Source: Calditrichaceae bacterium
Lineage (GTDB): Bacteria; Calditrichota; Calditrichia; Calditrichales; JBFXGD01
Direction: 5' to 3'
Assembly: GCA_050173015.1 (NCBI GenBank)
Contig: JBFXLE010000009.1
Span: 64,001 to 128,000 of the forward strand
Length of the DNA stretch: 64,000 bases
Shown here: piece by piece, positions 1 to 11,400 of the stretch
Numbering within the stretch: position 1 is the first letter of the stretch
Layout: each line of letters begins with the position of its first letter
Translations under genes and position numbers: made by a program
Notes under the pieces: model-generated
The model's database searches: none
What the model saw: the letters and a program-made list of their open reading frames with translations, nothing else
What the model was told of the DNA's origin: nothing

Positions 1-1986
1 TTTTGGCCTGCCGGTGGAACCCGATGTATAGATAAGATAGGCCAGGTTAGATGAATCGATACTTGATACCGGATCGGAATCATTTTCCCCTGTGATGATA
101 TCCCATTTTTCATCGAGGGATAAAACAGGAAGACTTTCCGGTAAAAGATTTCTGTCAATGGATCCCCGGGTGATCAAAAGTGAAACATTGGCGTCTTTCA
201 GGATATAAGAGATCCGATCAGCGGGATATGAGGCGTCTAAAGGCAGATAAGCGCCTCCTGCTTTCCAGATGGCAAGGATACTGACAATCATGTCTATAGA
301 ACGATCCATAAGGATGCCAACGATGGATTCTGCAGCAATTCCGCTGTTTATCAGATAATGGGCCAGTTGATTTGCTTTGCCGTTTAGTTCCTGATAGGTT
401 AATTTTTCATTTTTAAACCCAATGGCGATGGAACCGGGAGTACGCTGAACCTGTTCTTCAAATTTTTTCGGAATATTGCTTTCTGAAGAAAATTCAAGTG
501 TTCCACTGTTACACTTCAAATTTATTTCTTGTTCTTCTGTCTTTGGAATCATATTCAGTCTGCTGACCGGCAAATGCGGGGTTTTGACGATATTTTGGAG
601 CAATTCGATAAAATGGCCGGCCATTCTTTCTATGGTCCCCGTTTTAAAAAGATCGCGGTTAAATTCCAGATTTCCCCGCAGATTATCGTCTTTTTCCTCA
701 AGCATCATCAATAGATCAAACTTAGCCGCCCCGGTCTCGAAATCAATTCTGCTTAGTTTCAGGTTTCCGATCCGTATTTCGGCGATGGGATCTCCCTCAA
801 GCTGAAACATCACCTGAAAAAGCGGATTATAGCTGAGATCTCTTTCTGGAAGCATGGTTTCAACCAGTTTCTCAAAGGGTAGATCCTGATTATCGTAGGC
901 ATCGATCGCCCGGGATTTAACAAGCTTGATTAAATCGCTAAAAGACGGATTATCATTGAAATCAGCGCGTAATACCATGGTGTTCACAAAAAATCCGATT
1001 AGATTTTCCGTTTCTTTGCGGTTTCTGTTGGCGATCGGAATTCCAACGCCAAATTCCCGTTGTCCGGAATAACGATAGAGCAGGGTTTGGAAAGCGGTCA
1101 GCATTGTAATAAAGAGAGTTGTCGATTCCGCGCGGCTTAAAACTTTAAGTTTACTTGTCAGATCACCCGGAATATTGAAATGATAGTGGAGCCCGTTAAA
1201 TGATTGAATCGTTGTCCTTTGATAATCGGCAGGCATTTCAAGAAAATGGGGCATCCCTGCAAGCTGATCTTTCCAGAACTTAAGTTGTCTTTTTATTTTA
1301 TCTGAATTCAGACCGGATTCCTGCCAGGCGGCGTAGTCGGCATAATTGACGGTTAATTCCGGCAGTTTTGCTTCAAGGCCGGAGATTTCAGAATCATAGA
1401 AAGCGGAAATTTCATTCAGAAAGACGCCGAGAGACCACCCATCGGCAATAATATGATGAAGTGTAATCAGCAAAATATGATTTTCCGGGTTGAGCCGTAT
1501 TAATCTGATTCTTAACAGGGGAGGGTCAGAAAGGGAGAAAGCCGTCCGCGCTTCTGATTTCGCGAGCTCAAGGACGGTTTTATCCTGATCCTTCGCGGAC
1601 ATTTTGCTCAGGTCCGTAATGTCCGGTTTAATTGAAATAGATGTTTCAATTTTTTGGACAGGATTGCCGTTTTCAGTGGTATAAAATGACCTGAGTATTT
1701 CATGCCGCTCAATAATCCGGTTAACGGCTGATTCCAGGGCGCTGATATTCAATGGTCCCTCCAGTCGGAGGGCTGCAGGAATATTATAAAACGGATTTAA
1801 AGGAGATAATTGATCCAGAAACCAGAGCCGCTTTTGAGCAAACGAGATCGGATATACGGAACTATTGTTTCTTCTTGGTATGGAATCCTGTTGATGACCT
1901 GGCTTATCTCCGCTCTGAAGCTTTCTCCTGAGTATTTCTAATTTTTCGGGAGAAAGATCCGCGAGACGTTTGGATATATTAGACAC
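1..1986 (-). CDS. Non-ribosomal peptide synthetase, N-terminal part (docking helix, C domain, start of A domain); truncated by the window edge
   Basis: Not in the ORF track because it has no stop in the window. Manual translation from GTG at 1986 (AAGGAA upstream) gives MSNISKRLADLSPEKLEILRRKLQ..., C-domain motif LHHIIADGWS and A3 motif LAYLIYTSGSTGRPK at positions 45-1. Confidence 0.93.
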   Translation of the reverse strand, partial: MSNISKRLADLSPEKLEILRRKLQSGDKPGHQQDSIPRRNNSSVYPISFAQKRLWFLDQLSPLNPFYNIPAALRLEGPLNISALESAVNRIIERHEILRSFYTTENGNPVQKIETSISIKPDITDLSKMSAKDQDKTVLELAKSEARTAFSLSDPPLLRIRLIRLNPENHILLITLHHIIADGWSLGVFLNEISAFYDSEISGLEAKLPELTVNYADYAAWQESGLNSDKIKRQLKFWKDQLAGMPHFLEMPADYQRTTIQSFNGLHYHFNIPGDLTSKLKVLSRAESTTLFITMLTAFQTLLYRYSGQREFGVGIPIANRNRKETENLIGFFVNTMVLRADFNDNPSFSDLIKLVKSRAIDAYDNQDLPFEKLVETMLPERDLSYNPLFQVMFQLEGDPIAEIRIGNLKLSRIDFETGAAKFDLLMMLEEKDDNLRGNLEFNRDLFKTGTIERMAGHFIELLQNIVKTPHLPVSRLNMIPKTEEQEINLKCNSGTLEFSSESNIPKKFEEQVQRTPGSIAIGFKNEKLTYQELNGKANQLAHYLINSGIAAESIVGILMDRSIDMIVSILAIWKAGGAYLPLDASYPADRISYILKDANVSLLITRGSIDRNLLPESLPVLSLDEKWDIITGENDSDPVSSIDSSNLAYLIYTSGSTGRPK

Positions 1987-2018
1987 GATCTATTCCTTCA
2001 GTAAAAAAATCGATTGAT

Positions 2019-5000
2019 TTATTCTCCGGTATTGATAATTTTCTGAACTTCTTCTTCGGACAAACTTTCCAGTTCGGCCAGCATGTTGTCCAGTTCTTTC
2101 TGATCTTCCCCCATCGATTGCGATTCTGTAATAACCCGCATCATGCCATCGACTGTGGGATTTTCAAATACAGACCGTAAAGGGATTTCCACATTAAAAG
2201 ATTCGCGCAAACGCGAAATAAACTGCGTCGCGAGCATGGAATGTCCTCCCAGCTCGAAAAAATTGTCATAAACTCCTATTTTTTCAATTTTTAGCAGTTG
2301 ACCGGCAATTCCCGCTATCTTTTTCTCGGTCGGTGTCCGCGGTGTTACAAACGCGGATTCAAGTTCCGGTCGCAGATTGTCAGGGACGGGCAAAGCGCGG
2401 CGATCAATCTTCCCGGCCGGTGATAATGGAAACTGATCCATCCTTATGAATGCTGACGGGATCATATAATCCGGCAATCGCTTTTGGATGGAGCCGCGAA
2501 GTTCCTTAACCGGCAGATCCTGATTTTTTCCGTTGATATAATAAGCGATCAGCCTTTTGACTCCGGAGGAATCTTCAATCGCTGTTACGATGCTCCGTGA
2601 TATGCCGCCGCATTGATTGAGAGCGGCTTCAATTTCGCCGAGTTCAATACGAAACGCTCTTATTTTGACCTGATTATCCGCGCGGCCTAAAAATTCGATA
2701 TTACCGTCCGGAAGATATCGGGCAAGATCTCCCGTTTTATAGAGCAGAATTCCGCTCTCTTTGCCAAATGGATTATTTATAAATTTTTCAGCCGTCAGTT
2801 CGGGCTGATTTAGATAGCCAATGGCCAGAGCGTTGCCTCCGATATGCAGTTCTCCGGGAATACCAACCGGGAGCGGACGAAGCTGATTGTCAAGGATGTA
2901 AAATTCCCTGTTTGCTCTGGGCCGGCCAATGGGAATATTTGTACCCTTAAAAGTCTGCGGTATATCATAGGCCGACGCGGTGATTGTGGTTTCTGTTGGC
3001 CCGTAGGCATTGAGCAGGCGTACCCCGCTTAACGGCGTTTTTTGCCATAATTCTAAAGTATCACTTGACATGCGGTCACCGCCGATGATCACAAGTCGTA
3101 AGCGGTTTTTGGAAAGCCATTCCGGATGGGAAGCCCAGTCAAGGGCAAGCTGTTGCCAGTACGCGGTCGGCAGATTGATCACACTTAGGTCAAATTGTCT
3201 GATCTTATTATGAAACTCAATAGTCGGCCAGATCTCATCGTCTCTCAGAACAAGTCTCGCTCCGCCGGTTAAAGTGGGCAGAATCTGTTCAACCGACGCG
3301 TCAAAATTAAATGACGCGAATTGAAGTATGTGATCTTCCGGGGTGATTTTATAATAGTCTTTCATATCACAGCAGTGATTCGCTATGGCCTGATGAGATA
3401 TGAGAACGCCTTTTGGAGTTCCGGTTGATCCTGATGTGTATATAATATATGCCGGGAGGTCCTTTGTAAGATTAATTTCAGGATTCCGGCTATTTTCTTT
3501 GCTTATATCGGGCCAGCGGCTATCGAGACAAATCAGTTCACATTGGGAAGTAGGGAATGTTTTAGCGATTCGCTCCTGAGTCAGAACAAATTTCGCGGAT
3601 GAATCTTCAAGCATAAAACGGATTCTCTCTTTTGGATAACCCGGATCGAGAGGAAGGTAAGTACCGCCTGCTTTTAAAATTCCCAATATCCCGATGATCA
3701 GGTCGGGAGTACGGTTGACGGATACGCCTACAAATGTACCAGGCAGCACGCCTTTTCGAATCAGATAACGCGCTAAACAATTGGCCCGCGTGTTTAATTC
3801 TTCATAACTCAGCTGATTTTGATCCGCGATCAGCGCGATGGCCTGAGGGGACTTTTCAGCCTGTGCTTCAAATAATTCATGAACAAATTTTTCGGAGTCA
3901 TACCAGGCTTCCGGCTTGCTGAGAACGGTCGTAAGATATCTGAACTCCTCACCGGTCAGCATGGGTAAATCGGATATTTTTGAAAGGGGATTGATAAGTA
4001 TCCCGTCAATAAGAACCTTAAAATGTTCAATAAACCGTTCCATAGTGTCGCGGTTAAAAATATCGGTATTATATTCCAGCTTTCCCTGCAGAATGTTTTC
4101 TGTTTCAGTCAGATTCATTATGATATCGAATTTGGATGTTCTGCTTTCAATATCAATCAATGAAACTTCAAGACCCGGAAGAGTGACGGCATTCTCAGGA
4201 GTGTTATTATAAACAAACATCACCTGAAATAAGGGTGAATGATTCAGAGCGCGGTTTGGATTGACCGCCTCCACCAGCATTTCAAACGGTAAATCCTGAT
4301 TCGCATAGGCGTTAAGAATGGTATGTTTCATTCTTTCAAGGAATGATGTAAATGCCGGATTTTCGGAAAGATCACCACGCATAACGAGCGTATTGACAAA
4401 AAATCCTATCAATCCGGCAACTTCCGCCCGGTTTCTGTTAGCGATGGGTGAACCCACACAGATATCGCTTTGTCCCGAATATCTGTGAAGCAGTGCCTGA
4501 AACACCGAGATGAGCGTCATGAACATCGTAACATCCTGTTTGAGACAGAAATCTTCCAGTTTTTGTACTTTCTCCATTTCAATATTGAAAATAATATGAT
4601 CACCCCGGTATGTTCGCGAAGCCGGTCTGGGGCGGTCCGTTGGTAGTTCAATTAATGGCGGAACATCTTTTAGCTGATTTTTCCAGTAGGTGATTTGTTG
4701 TTCAAGTACTTTTCCTCTAAACCATTTCCGCTGCCAGACAGCGTAATCGGCATACTGCACGGGCAATTCCGGTAAGGAGACAGGTTTGTTGAGACAATAG
4801 GCGGGGTAAAGTGCTTTGATTTCGCTAATGATCACACCCATGGACCAACCGTCGGAGACGATATGATGTACCGTTAATATCACAATCGTTTCATCTACAC
4901 TTAATTTTAACAGCAACGCGCGTATCAGCGGTCCGGTCTGAAGGTCAAATGGTTTTTCTGTCTCTGATAAAATGACTTCATTTACACGCGAATGAATTTC

Positions 5001-5396
5001 TTTTTTGTCGATCCCTGAGAGATCAATTTCGGGGAGATCAATCTTCAGTTTCCCGGCAATTATCTGAGAGGGGGAACCGTCATTTTGGCTGAAAACCGTT
5101 CTAAGTACCGAATGTCTTTTTATAATTGTGTTTATACTGTTTTTAAAAGCCTCTTTATTAAAATTTCCCCGTATTTTTACCGCCGCGGGAATGCTGTATA
5201 AGGAATTGCCCGGTTCAAGCTGATCCAGAAACCAAAGTCTTTGCTGCGCGAATGAAACGGGTACAGATTTGTCCTTGGACTGCCGTGGCAGAATAACGAT
5301 CTCTGAAAGATCAATTCCTTCATCAATCAGCATCAATTCAAAGAGTTCTCTCTTTTCCGGTGATAATGTGGAAATCTGTTCAAAGAGACTATTCAC
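2019..5396 (-). CDS. Single-module NRPS (C-A-PCP)
   Basis: SFAQQRLWFL, HHIVSDGWS, YTSGSTGTPKG, NAYGPTETT, YKTGDL, PCP FFELGGHSML. GTG at 5396 is preferred over the track start 5402 on RBS spacing. Confidence 0.96.
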   Translation of the reverse strand: MNSLFEQISTLSPEKRELFELMLIDEGIDLSEIVILPRQSKDKSVPVSFAQQRLWFLDQLEPGNSLYSIPAAVKIRGNFNKEAFKNSINTIIKRHSVLRTVFSQNDGSPSQIIAGKLKIDLPEIDLSGIDKKEIHSRVNEVILSETEKPFDLQTGPLIRALLLKLSVDETIVILTVHHIVSDGWSMGVIISEIKALYPAYCLNKPVSLPELPVQYADYAVWQRKWFRGKVLEQQITYWKNQLKDVPPLIELPTDRPRPASRTYRGDHIIFNIEMEKVQKLEDFCLKQDVTMFMTLISVFQALLHRYSGQSDICVGSPIANRNRAEVAGLIGFFVNTLVMRGDLSENPAFTSFLERMKHTILNAYANQDLPFEMLVEAVNPNRALNHSPLFQVMFVYNNTPENAVTLPGLEVSLIDIESRTSKFDIIMNLTETENILQGKLEYNTDIFNRDTMERFIEHFKVLIDGILINPLSKISDLPMLTGEEFRYLTTVLSKPEAWYDSEKFVHELFEAQAEKSPQAIALIADQNQLSYEELNTRANCLARYLIRKGVLPGTFVGVSVNRTPDLIIGILGILKAGGTYLPLDPGYPKERIRFMLEDSSAKFVLTQERIAKTFPTSQCELICLDSRWPDISKENSRNPEINLTKDLPAYIIYTSGSTGTPKGVLISHQAIANHCCDMKDYYKITPEDHILQFASFNFDASVEQILPTLTGGARLVLRDDEIWPTIEFHNKIRQFDLSVINLPTAYWQQLALDWASHPEWLSKNRLRLVIIGGDRMSSDTLELWQKTPLSGVRLLNAYGPTETTITASAYDIPQTFKGTNIPIGRPRANREFYILDNQLRPLPVGIPGELHIGGNALAIGYLNQPELTAEKFINNPFGKESGILLYKTGDLARYLPDGNIEFLGRADNQVKIRAFRIELGEIEAALNQCGGISRSIVTAIEDSSGVKRLIAYYINGKNQDLPVKELRGSIQKRLPDYMIPSAFIRMDQFPLSPAGKIDRRALPVPDNLRPELESAFVTPRTPTEKKIAGIAGQLLKIEKIGVYDNFFELGGHSMLATQFISRLRESFNVEIPLRSVFENPTVDGMMRVITESQSMGEDQKELDNMLAELESLSEEEVQKIINTGE

Positions 5397-5429
5397 TCGC
5401 AATTCCTTCCGTTTCCTTTATTAGATAAT

Positions 5430-8400
5430 TTAAAGTGAATCATTTTTTCTTGCTCGCAGCATCTCATTTGCTTGTTGGTCAGAAATTTTTTCAATTCGAG
5501 CGAGCATGCTTGCCACTTTATCAATTTTTTGTGAAGCCTTATTTATTTCGCGATCAATTATTTTTGTTATCCCTGAAATAGTCGGATCGGCGAATAGACT
5601 CTGCAAGGGCAGTTCAATATTGAATTGTTCACGTACTTGCGCGATTAGCTGAGTTCCCAGAAGTGAATTACCGCCCAAATCAAAAAAATCGTCATTTACG
5701 CCAATGGTCTGAATACCCAGCAAATTTTGCCAGGACTCGACAACCTGTTTTTCCAGTTTTGTTTTTGGCGGTATATAATTCGTTGGGAGATCGGGTCTCG
5801 AATATTTAATGTTCCCGGATTTACCTGTTTCAGAAATTTCAGATACTTCGGTTATTTCACTGTCAGGGACTTCTGATGAAACGGTTATCCGGCCGATCCC
5901 ACGGAGCGCCAAAATTCTCAGGATGGCGTTTGCTGATTCCTCGCTGTTGATCCCGGGTTCTGATCTTGTCTCAGTCTTTCGGATAAACCGGTTGTCACGG
6001 TTGACGCTTATCCACTGAGTCTGGCCGGCGCGGTTTTGGAGAGATGAAAAACTGTCGATAAAATGATTTACCGCTGCATATGCCGCCAACCCATATTTGT
6101 CATTAGGATGGGGTTGGGATGAGTGTAAAATACAGAAATCTGATCCGTTTTCTATCGTCAGTTTGGTGAGTTTCTTAAAACCCGCATCCATATTCTTGAT
6201 AGAGTTGGTAATATTTTCATGACTTCCATTCGAGGTGACATTCAAGAGCGCGGGATCTGAATCAATATCCGCGAAGATAAATCCGCGAATCGGTCCCATG
6301 CTTTTAATACCGGCGTCATAATTTTTAAAATTAGACAGGTTTCCCGTAAAAATTTTGACCCTGGCGCCTCTTTTTTCGATTTTTCTGATTTGCCTGATCT
6401 GCCGACTGATTACATTTTTGTCATCATGAGATTCCAGCCATAAATCCCAGTTTTCATTAGCGGGAAAAGAATCCGCTGATAATAAAATTAGCTTTAGTTT
6501 CGCTGATTTGCTGAGGTGTTCGGCGAGTAAAAGCGCCGACTTATCAAAACTCCCCGCGATCAAATAGGTGGAATCATCACGCAATAACAGTTCCTTCTTA
6601 TCCGGAACATCCAGTTGAATGGCTTCATTATGCCTGGTCCAGCGGTGACGGCCCCGGTAAGCGACAATCGGGTCAGAATTCCGCCCGGTGAATTCATGGA
6701 GAATTTGTTCTGAATATCTTCGTGAGAATCCTTCCCCGTGAGCAAACGGATCAAGATCAATCAGATGAAGATGGATGTCAGGATGGCCTTCATGTAAAGC
6801 CACGATTAGTCCAGCGAAAACTGATAGGGAAGTATCAATTTTTTCAGATCCGGTTACGTCAAACATTCCCCGCGTAATGACTCCGAGGCGCGGTGCTTCG
6901 GAATAGTTCAGGGTATTTAACACCTTTGACAGATAAACAAACCCCGGTGTTCGGTCATGCCGATCCAATATGTCCTTGCCTCGATGGTCTGATGCTATCT
7001 CAGGACCATTAGTGTCATAGAGTATGACGCCCGGATTGATTTTTTTTTCAGACAAATAATCAAACAATTGACGGAAGTCATCTTCTGATGACGGATTTAT
7101 GATGATTTTTTCATTTGATACATGAAAATTATTACCATCACAAATATTGATAACGCTTTTGGTGTACTCCCGAAGATGTTCTGTAATTTGCTTTGTTAAA
7201 GGGTCATGATGTCCGAATATCAGGCATACAGTATCTTTGAATGCCGAAATTAGCTTAGTTTTTCTGACCGGGATATCGCTTTGTTTCCAAACCGGGATAT
7301 GGAACCGGCTTGATGTATCGATTGGTTTTTCACCGTTGGAATCAGCAATGGATGATGTTTTATGAATATCGATCCAGTAGCGCTGCCTTTCAAAGGGATA
7401 AGTGGGCAATGATATTTTATTTCTGATTTCATCGCGGTAAAACGCGCTCCAGTTTATTTCTTTTCCGGACAGCCATATTTTTCCAAGAAGACTGTATAGG
7501 CATAGGGTTGCAGATCGATCAATTTCTGAATCTTCCATCATGGACAGTATTCGGTTTTCAGATACGGGAGTCCGGGATCCTGAACGGTCATTACCAAAAC
7601 CGACAATAATTGGCTGTATCGGTAGATCTGAGAGAGCGTTCAGAATATGATCAGATTGTCCGGGTGCTGTAAGTAAGTCGATATAATAGGCTGGATTCGC
7701 GGCTTCTTCAGGCGCAATAAAATCTCCGCTGACAGAAGAAATGTATTTGATCGATGGCTTTTTTAAAGTAATGCTGGAGATATACTCCTTAAAATTACCT
7801 GACAGATCGGAAAGCATCGCGTCGTTTTTGTTTCCGGCAACCGAAAATTCAGCATGTTTTAAGATTAATTTCAGGCTGTCTTCAAGCGTAATAACGCCGG
7901 CCAGATGGGCGCATAAGAATTCTCCCGAATCATATCCGGCCATGATCTCGGGCATAACACCATAGTCGATTAAAATCCGCGCGAAAGCGTATTGTATGAT
8001 GAAGGACGCGAGATGAGAAGCGGCTTCTTTTTCAAGCTTTACTTTAGATTCATTCTGAAAATTAATTTTGCCGGAAATAATGTCCGACATCGGTAAATCT
8101 GATTGATTCTTTGTCAGGGCGCAACAATGATCCACATATTTTTTGAATTCCGGAATTTCTTCATAAAATTTTCCCGACGAGCCGATACCGGAATAATTTC
8201 TACCTTCAAACAAAAAGGCCATTCCCGCCTGAACCGGGATTCTTTTGTGAGAGAGGGTGGGAAATTTATCAGATTTACTATCCTTCAGAGCTTCAATAAG
8301 TTCCTGATAATTCTGATACGTTATTATTTTCCGGTGATTAAAGGGTTTTCTTCCGGTGTTGAGGGTATAATCGAGGTCTGACAAATTTGTATCCGGATAT

Positions 8401-11400
8401 TTCAAAAGGTACGCAACCAAATTCGCTGATATTTTGTCAAGAGCCGACATACTTTTTGCTGAAAGAGTCAGCAAATGATGTTTTTGTTCGGCAGAGCCGG
8501 GTAATGGCTCGGGAGCGTTTTCAAGAATAATATGGGCATTTGTGCCGCCAATTCCGAAGGAACTGACTCCGGCGAGTCTTCTGGTGTTTTTCACTGGCCA
8601 TTCCTGACCGCTGATGGTAAAAGCTATCGGGCTTTCGCCTGATTTGATATGCGGATTTAACCTGCTCAGGTGAAGATGTTTCGGAATATATTTGTTATTC
8701 AAAGCAAGTATCGTTTTAACAAAACCTGATATTCCGGAAGCGGCTTCAAGATGACCGATATTGGTTTTGACTGATCCGATAATCAGCGGGTTTGAAAAAT
8801 CACGTTTAACGGTCAGCACATTTCTGATCGCGTCTATCTCTATCGGATCGCCATACGCGGTACCGGTAGAGTGAGACTCAAGATAATCAATATCATCCGG
8901 TGAAACACCCGCGTCATGGAGAGCGAGCCGCAATACTTCCTGCTGCGCAAGACCTTTTGGAGCGCCAATACCGTTGCTCCGGCCATCCTGGTTTAGGGCA
9001 GATCCCCTGATTACAGCGTGAATCGGATCATGATCGCGGACCGCGTCGGATAACCTTTTTAATAAAACCACCCCGCATCCTTCACCGCGCACATATCCGT
9101 CAGCGTTTTCATCAAATGATCTGCAGCGTCCGGAGGGCGAGAGCATTCTTGCCTGAGATAATGTGACCGATACTTCAGGAGAAAGGATGAGATTAACGCC
9201 TCCCGCGATAAACAAATCCGAATCACCTTGTCTAAGGCTCCGGCAGGCATTATGAATCGCTGTCAGAGAGGACGAACAGGCCGTATCGACAGAGAGACTG
9301 GGGCCTCTGAGATCAAAGGTATAGGAGATACGATTGGCCGCAAGACTTAGAGCGTTCCCGGTGCCTGAATAACTGCTGATGTCATTAAGATTTTTGTTAT
9401 TAAGCCTTGAATAATCATTGGTGCTTATGCCGATATACACACCGGTATTGCTTCCGGCTATTAAGTCGGCATTTATACCCGCTGATTCAAAGGCTTCCCA
9501 CGTAGTTTCAAGTAACAGTCTTTGTTGAGGGTCCATATGAACCGCTTCTTTGGGAGATATACCAAAGAAATGGGCGTCAAATTGATCAACACCGCTGATA
9601 AATCCGCCGTATTTTGTAACCATTTTTCCGGGAGTACCGGGATTCGGATCATAAAAATCCTCTGCCCGCCAGCGATCCGCGGGAACTTCGGTAACGGCGT
9701 CAATCCCGTCTTTCAGAATTTTCCAGAACTCATCAGGATTATTCGCGCCGGGCATTCTCAAACTGTAACCGATCACAGCAATGGATTCATTTTTTATCTC
9801 TGCCGGCTTTGTCTTTTGATGAACGATGATTGGGATTTCGCCTTCACCCGCGAGATGCGCGGCCAGAGATGCAATATCAGGGTAATCCCAAATCAGTGTG
9901 GGGGACAGGGAACGGTTTAACCAGACTTCAAGGTCTCCCACCAATCCGACTGCCTGTGCTGAATCCAGCCCGTAACTTGAGAAAGGTTTTTGCGGGTCAA
10001 TCTCCGGGGCGCTAATTTCCAGTGCTTCCGCAAGACGCGCGGTTATCCATTCTTCTATCCGGAGCGTGTTTTCGTTTTTTTGCAAAGAATCACCGGAAAC
10101 ATGTTCTAGGTCCCGGATGACGTCAATATCTTCGGGTGATTCTGTCTCAACGGATTTTGTGACGAGCTTTAAAATCCCGTTTTCGTATTCATTTTTACAG
10201 GCGTGCCGTTGTATTTTTCCGCTTGAAGTTTTTGGAATAGTTCTCGGTTTGATGAGCGCGATTGAATGTGTCTGGATATCAAAAGTTTCATTGACGATCA
10301 GACGAATGGCATCGGTAATTTGCTTAATGTTTATGTTTTTTGAATGACGAACTTCTGCCACGACGACAAGGCGTTCGGAACCATCTTTTTCAATCGAAAA
10401 AGCGGCGGAACAACCCGGCCGAATCTCGGGATGACAGTTTTCTATAAGATATTCAATATCCTGAGGATAGTAATTTCTCCCCCTGATAATGATCAGATCT
10501 TTCACCCTGCCGGTTACATACAAATTACCGTTCTCAAGGTAGCCAAGATCTCCCGTTCTCAAAAACGGGCCTTCTCCGGAATTCGCGAGATGGGCATGGA
10601 AGGTTTTTTCTGACTCCTCAGAACGATTCCAGTAGCCCTGAGCCACATTGTCGCCTTTTATCCAGATCTCGCCGATCTGCAATTCTTCACAAGCGATCAT
10701 AGAATCCGGATTGACAATCGCGATTTTTTGACCGGATGGAGTTGTGCCGCAACTGACCAGGGGCAACGCATCCGGTGATTCTTTTTCCGTCGGAACTACT
10801 TTGTTTGAAGCCAGAGCATTCTTATCAAGTGTGGTCACAATAGGTTCAACTTTTATTGTGGTTCCTGTTACAAAAAGTGTTGCCTCCGCCAGACCGTAAC
10901 ATGGGATGAAACTGTCTTTTCTGAACCCCGCGACTTTAAATGTTTCCGTAAACCGTTCAATTGTCTGCTGTCTGACGGGCTCTGCGCCGCTAAAGGCTAC
11001 ATCCCAGTGACTCAGATCCAGCCCCATTAATTGTTCGGTAGTGATTTTTTTGACGCATAAATCATACGCGAAATTTGGACCGCCGCTTATGATTGATTTG
11101 TCCTTAATTTTTGAGATCGCCTGCAGCCAGCGGATGGGCTGCTGAAGAAAGTGTATAGGTGACATTAATGTAGCGGGTAGATTGCCAAAAAGCGGCTGAA
11201 GAATGCCTCCTATTAATCCCATGTCATGATAGATGGGCAGCCATATTACTCCGTGCGAATTGTTTGAGTATCCAAAACCCTCATGGATTTGGGCAGAATT
11301 AACGAGAAGATTATTATGCGAGAGCATGACCCCTTTAGGGACCCCTGTGGATCCGGAAGTATACTGCAAAAATGCCAGATTATCCCCGGTAATTCCGGGA

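Noticed and set aside
476-805. Plus-strand ORFs at 476-805 and 529-714
   Set aside because: They are antisense to the NRPS frame that runs from 1986 to the window edge.
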